DNA of 64,000 bases, from positions 14,384,001 through 14,448,000 of the forward strand of contig NC_088860.1 in NCBI RefSeq assembly GCF_963853765.1, in the 5' to 3' direction. A model generated the notes under the pieces. That model was not told the DNA's origin and did not search any database. It saw only the letters and a list, made by a program, of their open reading frames with translations. The translations under genes and the position numbers were made by a program. Source of the DNA: Magallana gigas. Taxonomy: Eukaryota. Shown piece after piece: positions 47,217-60,999 of this stretch; position 1 is the stretch's first letter, and each line of letters begins with the position of its first letter.

Positions 47217-50200
47217 AAAGAGACTTGTTATTTTTAGAATTTAAGACAATTAACCAATGGCTTCCGATCGTGTTTACACCCATTACTCGGTTACAAATAA
47301 GCATTTCACATTCCTTTGATTTACGTTTGTGCTAAATTTACAATCTAAATTGAAAAAAGACTAAATATTTTGCAATGAATCACTTGTTTAATCGAACCAT
47401 GTGTTCTAAAAGGCACATCGATTGTCACATAATTTATTATTTTAACACATTATTTGTATGTATGTTATGAATAAACCTGACATAGTTGTTATACATTTTA
47501 AAAATAGGAACCATAGCCGGTATGCAAATCCATTTTTTTTAATAACATGAATAATGATTTTTACATAATAATTATACTTACAGTGTATAACCTATAAATG
47601 CTAAAAATTTCAACAAGTTACAGAAAACTGACTTCTTGAATTGTATACAGAGCGATGGTTGATTATCGTGCGATTTATGCATTTGCAACACGCTCTTAAT
47701 CCATTCCATCACCATTTAGCTAAAAGCAATCATCAATTAAGACTGGTAATGTAATTTCAACACGAACAGAGCAGGTTAGGCAGGTTCCTGGAACAGTGTC
47801 CTTGATTTTATATCGCAATTAAGTTTCATTTCAGTATCTGGTTTGTACCTCTGTGTTTAAATCGTGCCATATTCTCTCCTTTAAAGCATTCAGGCGGTTT
47901 GGAATAACACACTTAGAAAGAATAAAATATAGGGTACACTTAAGTAAACAAAATGTGCCAATACAATATATCTTTAAGTCAAGATCTGGTAAATCAAAGT
48001 ACATGTAGCCTAAATGTAGATGTTTATGAAATTTGAAATGTATTACTAGTGTTTATTTATTAATTAACACAATAATACATGTAGGTTTCGGGTTGCTTTT
48101 CACAAGATTCCACTTGCATTGATATAGGAAGAAAATATTTGACTTCTCTACATAAAGTTCTTTGCTGAAGCCAGAAAATACGGGGAAAAGGTTTTGATCA
48201 AATGAAATTTGACGTGATAATGGATCTTGCAAAAATATAGACAATGAAATCATTTACCAAATCTTGAACTTTCGGTAGGAAGCATCGTCGGATACCCAAG
48301 ACACTGCATTGTTAAGATCCTATAAACTCTTCTCCAGAAGCCTTAAAGTATAGCAATATTTTCTGGGGGGTTTTCTCACAGTGGTTTTGTTTTAGAGATG
48401 TACTCCATTAGGAGCATACTGTCAAAGATGTTACACGTTTTCGTAAATCGGATTTCCTCCACCACCTGATCAGATTATCTCATTCGTAAAGCGCTGCCGC
48501 CATATTTTTGCACGAACACGTTCCATTGGCGTGGTAAGAGAGATCAGTTTATTTTGAATGACCTTATCTCTTTTTAATTCAGAGAAAAAAATTTGTGTGG
48601 TATTTTCCCAACAAGACAGAGCACTTTGATATTCCCAATCCCAATCATTTAGCATTACATATAAAGTTCAAGAAACTGCAGCAACGCATTTGTTTCCAAT
48701 TAAAAACAAATTAATCACAAGGGCTATAAACCATTGTTGAGTAATCCACGGCATCGATTTATGAATTGAATCATCCGGATGCATCTCAACCCCGTGAAAA
48801 CGTTTATCGAAAGTGAGCACTGCAGATGGAATTCAATTTATAGAATAATCTGAATAATGTAACAAGTTAATAAAGATTTTTTTTATTGTTTTTTTTTTGC
48901 ACCCTTTAAAAATTCTTTCACATCTATATTTCAAGAAATTTATCCTTTAGGAATGGGTTAAAATAATATCTGGTTTTTGGCGACAGGAGCTATAAAAAGT
49001 AAATAACCTCAAATTTGTGATAATTGCGTAAACACAGATGCTATAACAATACTAACTTGATGTTTACCAAATTTCGGATCCTCAAAATATTTGTTGGGTG
49101 GGATGTGCTGTTTATTTCTGAGTCCTGTTTAGCGATATGTGAGTGCTCGCCAGAATTCCTGTCCCCCAAATGTTAACAAGTGCTCACCCTGCGGAACAGA
49201 CCTCTGGTGTAGATGATATAGATATACTTGCATAAAAGTCATGCATTTTACTAGTAAAAGAAATAGGCAATTAACAACGAAAAATACTAAATACTGTGTA
49301 TCATATATGTTAAAATTGCCCTTTAAATTGTTTAAAAATTTAATGCGAAACAAGAAAGTCTTAATATGAAAAACAAGGCTACCATAATAAAATTTATTTA
49401 TAAATTGAAGACGTTATCAATGAATATGTCTAGAGGAAACTGATTATTCTGTAGATGTAGTAACAGGTCCAAGTTAAAAGAAAAAAAAGCTCTACTCCAC
49501 AACCCCCAAAACGCAACGGTATCAGAAAAATGAGTTGTTCCATCCCTCACATACATCGAAAGCTATCCTTTTTTGACTTATGCAATTTATGTAATCGTGA
49601 AAAACTCTGCTGTTTTTATTCAATACATTTTTTTTAATTCATAATAAATGATCATCGTTTAATTGCAAATTCCCTATATTATAACAAGTTCCAGGTAGTA
49701 TGGATAACCTTAAGTAAACTTAATACTTTTTAGTCATGGTTTGGTTGTTGACCAAATCATTTTTCTTTGACGGTTTGACATTTTGTATGAATATGTAAAA
49801 TTAGCCTCAATCATTTTTATTTTTGTGCATTCCAACAAACATTGAAAATTCAAGCACTATGTCATTTTCAGTTGCACCGAACATAATTAGGTAAAGAGGA
49901 AGCATTATTCAAATGAAGGATCTCTTCTACAATAAAAAGAAAGATTAAAACCGAACAGGACGAATTTCTTTAGACACCTGATGCGCTGATAGAAATCTGA
50001 TGTGCTACATCATATGCAATGCATTATAAACAAATATAAACCACTTGTATTTTTTTTAATTTCTAAATAAAATCAATTGTAATTCATACAGACACTGGCA
50101 AAACTGAAATCTATGCAATCCAGCAGGACAATCTATCTGCGTATGTCTTTGATTCACTGCCTTGTTTAGCAAATAAAACATCAGCATTTATACAAATATT

Positions 50201-52247
50201 TATTATCATTATATATTGACATTTTTCAGTGCCTTTGCCTGTTATAATACTACATATCGATTCTGTACATGTACAATAACGTGCAATAAATTCATAAACG
50301 TATATTTGGGGCGCAAGTGGGGTTTGCTTATTTATATTCAAACATTTTATCGTACAATTGCTGCAAATTTTATAAATATTAGTAAGAAGGAATCACTCTT
50401 TGATTATTCTGGGTTGATAATTTTGGTCGGGGCGTGATCAAATCCAATAAAGCCTAAAAAAAATTATATTTACATCGTTCATTGATGTCTTATTTGTATA
50501 CTTTTGATGTTGATCCTGAAAAGATTATTTCTCGATCAAAACTTGAGCTACATGTAACATGCATAAACTTCAGGGACTACCACGGGCTGACCTTATTTTA
50601 GTAGTTGTAGTAACCATGGTAACGTTCGTATAAATATTGGACAATTGGCTGTTCCCTCTCTCTGATGTGCTGACGGGCAAACAATAATTTTACGTGTACA
50701 CTTATTTTATTTATTACATGTTTTTCACATTATTGATTGAATAATTTAGAGAAATTGTAAATACGAACACTAAAATGCATTATTTGGCGATTCGCGCGGG
50801 CTTTGAAGGTACATGTTGCGGTCATAAATATTTTTGTTCTGCAATGCTAACAACATTCATGAATCACCAATTTCAAAAAAAAATATTTTTAAACTAATAA
50901 TGCATAGTGCAGCAGTATAATCATTTCTAAAGATTCTTTGCAAGCTATCTTCAGTTGACTGTTAAAGTCCAAGGGCATCTTGCATTTTTTAAACATTTTT
51001 GTTTAATTCACTTATATTTAAAAGGTTTTTTTTCTCGGAAAAATGATATGCAGGTAAACTGAAACGCAAGCGTTCCTAGTCATAAGATGGTAGCCAGATA
51101 ATTAATATAAACAGCAACATTTGCCAGCATGTAAATAATTCTTAAACAACATTAGTTTAGCCGGTATGAATGCATCGCAACAGGAAGTTTCAAAGGAATT
51201 CAAAGTCATCTAAGATCATTTTCCTATTGATTTTATGGCATAAATCTGATATAAAAGAAGTCTGCGATGGTTTGATAGCATTCCAAGGAAACACACAGGA
51301 TCCCTTCGTCTTCATCGTTGTTTTATTAAAACATTTATTATACATCCACAAAGCCTAGGCAGCCATAGAATGGAGATAAAAGAAAATGCACCGCAATAAA
51401 TCACGAGTCGCCTCCCTGCAAACCATCGCGATAAAAACGCGGTCACACAATGATACTCACTCAGAACAAATTGCATCCCTCGTCTGATTTATTTGTAAAC
51501 TTGGCAAGCCTTTATCGGGATCGGAGAAAAACGGACCGGATTAGAACGGAATAAGTGTCGAATTCATTTAATGTTGGTGTTTTTATAGTTCAGGAGAAAA
51601 GAGTGGGAGGGATGGCGGCTTAGATAATAGGACAAACAGCGATCTGTTGATCGAACACAAAGTTTTAGTATACTCTCATCTGATACATGATGTCAGCTAA
51701 GAACCAAATCTATTGGAACCCACATTTAAACAAAACTCATAACTGTCCAGTTAATTTGAGTTTAATGAGGACTCGATGGCCGTGGTCATTTTTATACTAA
51801 ATCAATTTCCTTTAGACGAAGAGCTGCATGCATGTATAAAGATATAGAAAATATTCAAAATTTAAAGATAAAATATTAGGATTTTTTCTTTAATTAAAAG
51901 TATTTTATGGCAAAAGAAATTTTGTCCGAAAATTTAAGGTACTAGATCTGATGGGTAGTTTGTTGACGACACAACCTCTTTCCACATGAATATATGATGT
52001 TTCAGCGTTGGATTGCTTTAGAAATGTGCAGGGATTCCTGCAGCCATCCTTTTGTATGTCAGTTCGTTTCAGGACGACGTAACGAATGACAGTAGTATGA
52101 TTTGATTATCCCCTTATATATACGATCATTAATTCTCTTATATACCAATAGCGATATTGGTGTTACGTCTGATGTGCAAAATGTGTCCACTGAAAGGAAG
52201 AAATTTACACGTTTTACACAATGCTGTTAAATTGGTGTCTGAGAATG

Positions 52248-52248
<1 letters not shown>

Positions 52249-52317
<69 letters not shown>
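52249..52317. repeat. Compound (TG)n(GA)n microsatellite
   Basis: Read directly from the sequence. Confidence 0.97.
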
Positions 52318-52320
<3 letters not shown>

Positions 52321-52509
52321 TATCTTTAGTAAATAGAATTATTTTAACACGAGTTTGGACTTTCGGAAACCATCTATTTCTTGCGTCAAAACAATTCAAA
52401 ATGACGCTGGTTTTAAGCAAAATATGCACAGATTGCGTAGTCTTGGCTCGAAAGCCAGACAAACCTTGTTGATTTCAATGAGCCATAGTTGAGTGGCCAA
52501 CGATGAAAT

Positions 52510-52852
52510 CAGGCACATAGCATCGTTTTTGAAAGTGAGGGGGCCAGACTCATCCAAAAAAACTTGACAAGCCAAATTTTTTTTATAATTTCCCAAACTC
52601 TACAAAAACCTAATCGGTGAGTGGGTGGGGGGGGGGGGGGGGGGGGGGACTGGCGTAGTATATAATATCAATTTCACTCCTAATTTTCTTATTTTCATAT
52701 CAATTTTTTACATACTCCCAAAAAAAGTGGGGGGGGGGGGGGCAACTCCATGATAATTCAACTTTTTATATGTAAATTTTAAAAAAATAGTTGCTGCGGG
52801 AAAAAGTGGGGGGGGGGGGGAAGCCCCCCTGCCCCCCGATGCTACGTGCCTG
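52510..52852. mobile_element. Non-autonomous TIR element with poly-G tracts and 5-bp TSD, nested in another repeat
   Basis: 16-bp TIRs CAGGCACATAGCATCG / CGATGCTACGTGCCTG. GAAAT is duplicated at 52505-52509 and 52853-52857; a paralogous host repeat shows the empty site with a single GAAAT at 26365-26369. Confidence 0.88.
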
Positions 52853-53648
52853 GAAATAGACAGGCCTACGTCGCGTTGTTTGACACAACTACCCAAAGTT
52901 TAAGCTCTTGGTAAAATACTTCTACACCTTAAAAAACTTTAAAAATATAACTATATTACTATAATTATTGTTTACGCTTGTTAGGAGCGCATCCTAGGTA
53001 CAGTGTATGTGAGAATTTAAGATATTCTTAATATTTCTCTTCCTTTACTTTGAATCATTACGGAACAGCCTTGGCGTTTCGATGTTATATTCGAATACCC
53101 TTTTTATCAAGTCGGTAATTTCGTTTATTTCCCTCCAAATCTATTGCAAAGAGATATGAATAATTCATACGATCGTTTAGGATTTTCAGTAATCTCCTTA
53201 CTATGGCCGAAGCTTCTTCTCCGGGAGTAAAGTTATTTCGGAATCCCTCGGGGATTTACCTAACATTGGACGGTTTACACTTTGTGCCGCCTAGTGAGTG
53301 TCGAAGCTGCCATATACAGCTATTGACTGATGTGATAGTTTCATTAATGAATGATTAATAATTGCTGATCAAATAGCATCATAAATTTCTCTCTGCGATG
53401 TGCACAGACGACGAAAACTAATGCAAGTATTATTGATGTTTATTCTGGAAATGCACTGATTTGAAAAAGGTGGGTGATTTATATATCTTCATCTTACATT
53501 ACCCATTTTTTGATTTCTGCAGTTTTGATTATTTGAAAACATTAATTTTAATTTTCCATTCAAACATATTGATCATGTCTTTTTAAGTCATTTAAAGTGT
53601 TGGGTGTCCGGTATTGCTAGCTAGCTGAAGACTCCTATTCGTAAGTGT

Positions 53649-53866
53649 TCGGTATTGCTAGCTACATGTAGTATGTCTTGGGAGTCTTGCGTATCGGGAT
53701 TTACTGCTATAAGTCACATTCCTTGTTGTGTCGTTTTTCGCATCATTTTTTCGGTATTGCTAGCTACATGTAGTTTAAGTCTTGGGAGTCTTTCTTCTTT
53801 TATATGCGTATTGGAATTTACTGCTATAAAGTCATTCCTTGTTGTGTCGTTTTTGCATCATTTTTT
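53649..53866. repeat. Two-copy ~103-115-bp tandem repeat
   Basis: TCGGTATTGCTAGCTACATGTAG...GTCTTGGGAGTCTT...ATTCCTTGTTGTGTCGTTTT occurs twice. Confidence 0.8.
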
Positions 53867-54650
53867 AAAGATGGCTGTAAGTTCAGGGCTGTTTTATGCA
53901 CGCAATCATATTCCGATGCAAGTCCCTAAAGCAAAACAGCTGTTGGTTAAGTGTCAGTAGAAAAATTAACTGCATCATTAACAAAGGTGTGGGAATGTAT
54001 AAAAACAGGTTAAACTTGATGCATGTTTTATAAGAATATATCATATGTAGAAAACAAACAATTTGTATTGTGTCAATTCTTTTGACAAACACATTTATCT
54101 GTATAGAGTATATGCCATTTTTTCAAGGTTGTTTAAATTCATAGGTTTAAAAGCAAAATGTAGTCTTAGATGACGCATTTCAAATAATTAATTTTTTTTT
54201 GAAAGGTTCACCTTGATTTGACATCATTGGTTTAAAATCATGATTTTGGCCTACGCTTGTTTTCTGTAAGTCGACTTATAGTTTAAGATAGGTAGCTTGT
54301 AATGTCAAAACTAGTAAATGTGCTTACTGAAGAGTTGTTATAATTAGAATAAAGTTGTTGAATGCTCTTTACCATTTTCAAACCTTTTTAACTTGAAGAA
54401 AAAAAATAACCCAGACATAAGAAAATATTCAAATTTTAATGCTAAAACGCACTGGATTTTCTTTTTCTAATAAAAGGTTATTATAGCTAGCAAATTCATA
54501 TTTAGGAGAACATGATTGGTCAATTTTGTTGACGACCAATTTTCCTAGAACTTGACGGTCAGATTTATGTATTGTTCAATGTTGAATCACGATAAGAAAC
54601 AGAGGAGATAAGTAACATAGCCTCGATTTCTTTTGACGTACACGTACAAA

Positions 54651-54850
54651 TACTGTGGAATCATTTAAATTCGGGGGGGGGGGGCAATTTTCATGGCTTG
54701 TGGGATTTTTGCATATTCGTGGGAATGTAGTTTCGTAGATGCGTCTGTTTTCAGTTTAAGTAAGAAAACCAACTCATATATTTTGTTTTCGTCGGGGATG
54801 TAAATTCGATCATAGAGGAGTACTACCCACGAATACCACGAAAATTGGGC
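54651..54850. mobile_element. Truncated Tc1/mariner-type MITE
   Basis: Starts TACTGTGGAATCATT and contains CCACGAA motifs like 43681-43887. The right TIR was not found. Confidence 0.55.
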
Positions 54851-55471
54851 CGCCATGCACGAGTTCTCTTTATAGCACATTCTGTATATGAAACCATTTC
54901 AGAAGACGAAGTGTGTGCAACTGGTTTCTGAAGTATTGTCGCAAAAAGAATGGTCTCGTACACCAGTCTGTTTACTAAGTAAGGAAGCGTGAATCAGACA
55001 TAAAACTTGTACCTGTGTGTACTACAGTAAGACGATCAATGAAGAAACGACTTTCATTTAATTATATTATAACTTATATCTATTGAAAATAAGTTTACCT
55101 GACCGTCGTTGACATGTACATGTATTATCAGATAATTATATCATGCAATAATTATGAAATTTTTTTTTTATCTCAAACGTTTCTTATTAACAGCAAAATC
55201 ATGAAAAATGATAAGAAGACTATATTGGTCTCTTTGTTGTAAAATCATCTTTAAGAAGATACACTTAGAGCCAACAAATAATACGTTATTGTGTCGAGCC
55301 ACCTCTAGCATCAGCTAACGGCAATATACTGGTCTCACAGAGAACGACATTTTATCAAATCTCTTGGGGAATTTTGCTCCAGAAATAAATATAGTAAGGA
55401 AAGATAAAAGTCACATTCTGTGTTTTCGAATATAGATTTTAACAACAGCATGGCATATTTTCGGTACATAC

Positions 55472-55827
55472 ATGCACAGGTGCTTGAGGACAGGATCGAC
55501 CCCCCCCCCCACCCCGGGACTTTATTTTTCTTTTTTATTAAATTATCCTTTTGTGACATATTTCTAATCTAATTAATTCATCCATTGCCCAAAATTACAT
55601 AAAACAAACATTTTTTTTTGAAAATCAGATTTTTTTTAAAAATCAGAACCTCTATACATGATTTTTTTAAAAAAATGTTTGTTTTAGGTATAAATTTTGG
55701 GCAATGAATGAATAAATTAGATTAGAAATATGTCAAAAAAGGATAATTTAATAAAAAAGAAAAATAAAGTCCTGGGGGTGAGGTGGAAGGGGGGGGGGGT
55801 CGATCCTGTCCTCAAGCACCTGTGCAT
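55472..55827. mobile_element. Foldback element with ~150-bp inverted arms
   Basis: ATGCACAGGTGCTTGAGGACAGGATCGACCCCC ... GGGGGTCGATCCTGTCCTCAAGCACCTGTGCAT; the arms stay complementary inward for about 150 bp. Confidence 0.8.
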
Positions 55828-56998
55828 ACATGAATTAAATATATAGATTACTTACTTCTCATAGCGTTGCATATTAAAGCGTTGTTCACTGCGTAAAAGT
55901 CTATTGCTACGGTAGAGGGTGTACAAAACATTCAATAATATAACATCGAGATTCTTCTTCGTAGAAATTACATTAAATAAAGGGATAACTCATTGCTATT
56001 GTGTCAATGTAAGCGACGGACCTGTCTTCATGCTACAGTTACTTCTAATCTTATCGTCAAATACATATAGCTGTTTAAAGATTTTTGATGATTTTTTTTC
56101 CAATAGATTTTAAATCCTGTTCGATTTTATGTTGGGTCTGTGCAGTTAGCAAATAATGACACGTGTTTATGAGTAACACAGTGCAAGATTCAACCATAAA
56201 CTATGTCAGAATGTAAATCCTGTATACACGTAGATCTAACATCTGTTCATAATGTTCATATTGACAAAATGTTATACGTACAACAAAATCGCTGTTGCCA
56301 GCTTTAAACACTGTATATTATAGCAAAATGTTCATCGTCTTAAAAAAACTTTTTCCAATCTCGTTTATTTTTTTTTAATAATGATGAGGACGAAAAACTT
56401 TTTTTTCCATCACGCTCCTTAATAGATTATAGAACTTCCAGAATGGATCACGAGGAATAATTTTAGTTTAAAACAAACATTAGAGAAGCATATTCATAAA
56501 CACGGTTTTTATAACTGAATTTAAAATGTACAAAAATCTTTGAGTATTCTATAATAGTTAGTTCGCTTATACCGGAAGCCTGGTAGGCATTACTGATCCT
56601 TTCTTTGATCAAACATATTTTATTCGCTTTCAAATCCCACTTGGTTGAATTGGTTATGACCAAAAAAAAAGAGTGACATTTGGAAGATATTTAGATAACA
56701 CGATTTTGGGGGCATAATTTTTTTTCCGTTTTTATCGTGAAAAAAATCTTGTTCAGACAAACATGTTAAACATAAAGGCGGCAAAAATGTATAATAGTAT
56801 TTTGAAGATAAGCAATAATAAACATTAAGGAAAAAAGCCAATCATCCAACATTTATACTGTTTACAGTACGTGTTAGCCTAAAGCTTCCAAGACTGACTG
56901 TGCATCTCATGTCTGTCATGGACACTGTAAAACAAAGGTACTATTTTGAAAAAAACAACAACAAAAAACCCTCTGTATGTTATGGTAGCATAAATCTG

Positions 56999-57525
56999 CC
57001 ACCACTTGTCAGATGATTTTATTATACTTTCATGTTAAATACTGAAATCTGATTGGTTTAGACGCAGTTGATAATCCGTTCTATTACCCTCAGCGTTAGC
57101 AACACACTTAGCAACGGGTAACACAACGAATTGTTACATGCCGTAAACTATGCGCGTACGGTTCGCCAAAGAATTCACGTCATTCATATATAAAAGTAGT
57201 AAAATTTTCTTTAAAATTAAGACATTCAGTACACCCCGAGAAAACTATTGTCAACCGACGCTTTTCTCGGGGTGTCAATTTCAACTCTTACCCTCCTAAA
57301 CGGGCACTATTTATATAATGTCGACTTGTTAGATAATTATGTCGACTTTTCAATTCATGATGTCAAACTAAAAAATTATTATGTCGACTTTTCAAATTCT
57401 TATGTCGACTTGTAAAAAAATAATGAACCAACTGGATGGCATTAATTGGGCGTTAAAACGTTTTAGTATTGAATTTTTAAATTTGAAAAAGTGAAAATTA
57501 GACAAAGTTATCTGACAAGTGGTGG
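56999..57525. mobile_element. Inverted-repeat element with GTCGACTT repeats, carrying a nested Helitron-like insert (57021-57319)
   Basis: Perfect 16-bp IR CCACCACTTGTCAGAT / ATCTGACAAGTGGTGG. The inner element is bounded by ATTATA...TATAAT and has a subterminal hairpin ACACCCCGAGAAAA/TTTTCTCGGGGTGT. Confidence 0.7.
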
Positions 57526-58294
57526 TAAAACAATGTCACCTAGTATTTCATTAAAGAAAGCAGTAGTTTTCCCGATTTATTTAACAATTATATTTTAATG
57601 AGTAAAATAGTTTGGAAAATGTGTCGACGAACACACTTTAATGTGAAGAATAAATAAAATATATTTTATATTCGTCTTTATTTTGAGGGGTGGGATGTTT
57701 CTACTGGGAATTTGCATTAACCAGCAATAACGTAATTCATAGTTTATTGGGTTTTTTAAAATTTACACATTAGAAAACAACGAAGTATGTGTGCGTAAAC
57801 CAGACATATTGATTCGGCATAAATATCAAGCCACCATGCATTTGGATTTTAAGACGCTTGCAAATCTGTAACATTTTTATTTCATTTAAATAATTCTACG
57901 TTAGAAAGAGAACAATTTAAGGGATGTAAGTTGGTGAAGGTCTATATCTCTCTCAGCGGACAAATAAAAAAACGCAGGGGCTCATTTAAATTAAACTGTA
58001 TTTTTCTAGGACAATCTGCTTGTATGAACAAAAATAATAATGATTAAATGGACAATGGAGCTTAAAAGAGACCAGCCAATTTACCCTAAATGCATTTCGA
58101 TAGCTTCCGCTATGTTCTTTTTCTCATTCTAGTTCATTTGTTTGATTTGAAAAACGTATTTAGTGGATTCGTAGTTTATTTTGTTCAAAGAACTCGTTTG
58201 CTTCAGTGGGCACCACTACAAGCTGTAATGAAGTCTCTACTTCAGAACTAATACCAGGAGAATCTTTATTCATTAATACACTTTACCTCTTCTT

Positions 58295-58449
58295 TTACCG
58301 AGGCGTCCGTCTCTCGAGTGGTACAAATTCGGGCTTATTAACGCTCGCTGTTTGCACTTCTGATTCGGGGCAGTCTTTAATGAGGTACATGGACAGTTGC
58401 CGAGTCCCGGGGAATAATGTGCTCTCTTGCATTATATGCCTTTCAAGAT
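58295..58449 (-). other. Candidate terminal exon of an unidentified gene
   Basis: Acceptor TTCTCTCTTTGCCAAG|, open frame (D)LERHIMQESTLFPGTRQLSMYLIKDCPESEVQTASVNKPEFVPLERRTPR*, AATAAA 25 nt after the stop, locally higher GC. No recognisable domain. Confidence 0.3.
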
Positions 58450-60999
58450 CTTGGCAAAGAGAGAATTTTTTTTTCGATTACTTATATACCAATTACGTCG
58501 TGCATTTTAAAAGGTTTCAGCATGTAAGAACTGTTCTCTTCAAAAGGAAGTTGAAATATCTTAAAAGGATGATTATGAAATATAATAGCCAATATATAGA
58601 TATAAAAAATATATACCGTTTACTACGTATTATTCTACGTTTAGTGTCATGACCACACTCAAATGATAGTCAACATTAATGTCTTGAAGGCGAGACATGT
58701 CATACGAAACGTTTGAATAAAACGCAATTAACTCATCTACCTTACCATGCAAATCACTCTCAGATGTCTATTGCATTTGCTCATGAAGCTGCACTTGCAA
58801 TGGAAAGGCGATCTGTTAATTACCAGTTCTAATTTAGACATTTGGATAGAACATCAATCATTTCTCGTGAAGGGACACTTACTGCTAATAAAAGTTTAAT
58901 TTCTATCTGTGCAATTCATTACATCGTAATTTAATAAAATCCCCAGACTGAAAAATCACGCGGGAGTCAATAGAATGATCACATCTCTCACCTCTTCCAT
59001 ATAAAGCTGCACTAGACTTTCTATCAATTTTGCTTCGAACCTAGATGTATGTAGGGTTACATGTTACATCAATTGCACGCCTCCATATCTGGTAGAATTT
59101 TCCAAATAGTCTCTCTAATTAGATCATTCTGTCAATTACGAGATCTTTGGTAAATCATTATGTAGAAATTCGGGAAGAGAAGCGGTTTGATTTTTTTTTC
59201 AGAAAACACTACAACAACATAAATGTTACACACACCTTATGGACATGACACGATTTTTAAACTCATAGTATGTGCAACAATGGTTTGTTGTCATAATATA
59301 AAATTTATTCGAATTAAAATTCCTCACCTCCCCAACCAAAAAAAAAACCCCGACAAACCAAAAATGACAACCTTAAAGACATTTAAAATCAAATGTCTTC
59401 ATATAACACAACCATATACAGAAATTTTGATTTGATATTTTTGAAACCGATGTTTACGTTTTGTTTAAACGGCTTAATGGTTGTGGCCATTATAGTAATC
59501 TCAAACTTTAAGTATTTAATCATTCAAAACAGAAACTTATAAGTTATCTCCGGAATCATTTTATCATTTGTTTGATAGATAGTTAAATCTAACGAAGACA
59601 GTTTAAAAAACAAAATGCTTATTTTCAAATGTCTTAAGTTAACCAATATATGCAACAGTACCAACTTCATAAGAATGCGCTGTATATTGCATTGTTCTAG
59701 AGAGAGCCATGACTGATCGGAATTATTTTGTTTTGAACTCACAAAGAGGCGTAGGAGGGGGAGATCAATTTCATTCCTTGCTGTTCCATCATTAAAACCC
59801 AAGCATCACCGAGACATGGTGTGAACCAAATATATAGAGTACAATTTAAGGATAATTGTTTTGGATAATGTAGAAGTAATTTTCAGTTAAAAATAACGCA
59901 AGAGCACTTTCGCCGGTATAATGTATTTATGTTAGAGAACTATCAAAATAGATACATATTAACGGATCTACCACAATAAAATGTCAATTTCTTCAGCTTT
60001 CTCTAGCAAATTCGAAAAACTAAATGCAATTTGCTTTTAAATTAGATACACATGTAAATGTTAAAAAATTGAAGTGTGTTTGATATATCGTTCAATCCTA
60101 GGCAAAAATGTTTTACTTCGATCATTGGATTCTAACCCCTGAAAACAAATTGGTAGACTAATACATCGAATTTTTCAAGAACTTGTAAATGGCAAAGCTA
60201 TGCGATTTCTCTGAAATTTGTCAATATCAGCGTAGAATCTCATAAATATTTTTTTATGGTTCTTGTGCCTACAACATAAATGATGTAAAAAGTCGTTGGC
60301 CATGAAGGCAAAATGCAGGATCTTGCTTTTGATAAATCATTCATTCCAATCAACAGAGCCCATCGATTTCTGCTCATGTTTTCCACTCAATCATCGCCGA
60401 CTTTAAGCACTTGAGACTTCTAAGCGCTATTTTATCTACTTTTCGACAAGATTTGAAATTAGTTGGAAAGTTTATTTCGCGTTTGATAGCACCCTGCTAT
60501 AGTGTTTATTCCCATTGCCAGACGTATTAATCTATTCTCTATATTCTGCGGACATTCTTACTAATTGATTGAATTTGGAATGATGTGTGACCTTTTCTTT
60601 TTAGCACTGTAAAAGTCGTTCGATTACAGACGTTTAAGATAATAGTTTGGCTTTATCTGAAAAACAAGGCTTATAAATTGGATGTAAATAAATTGGTTTC
60701 TTAAATTGTTAATACAAAATCTACTTTTATCAATTTTACCGTCACATTCTGGGAACTAATGCTGCACCTGCCTTTAATGTGTTACTATTCTAAATTCATC
60801 GTTTAAAAAGCATATCTTGAGGCTGGTTATGCGAGTTCCATATATTTTGTTTTTAAAGAGAGAAAAGGCTTCTCAAGACAGGACGATGTATCGGCTGCAT
60901 GAAGACAAACAATTAGTCATTGCTTGTTACATGTAAAGAAATTATTGTTCTCCAATGTTTGAACATTTAAATTTGTAGATTTTTGAGTAAAACTGTATT

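Noticed and set aside
47770-48540. Several exon-like segments (e.g. DLNNAVSWVSDDASYRKFKI at 48319-48258 on -, a donor at ~48533 on +)
   Set aside because: No phase-consistent chain on either strand, weak acceptors and no recognisable domain.
51400-51560. Donor-like CTGA|GTGAGT on the - strand near 51468 as a first exon
   Set aside because: A single signal with no linked downstream exon or clear TATA; insufficient support.
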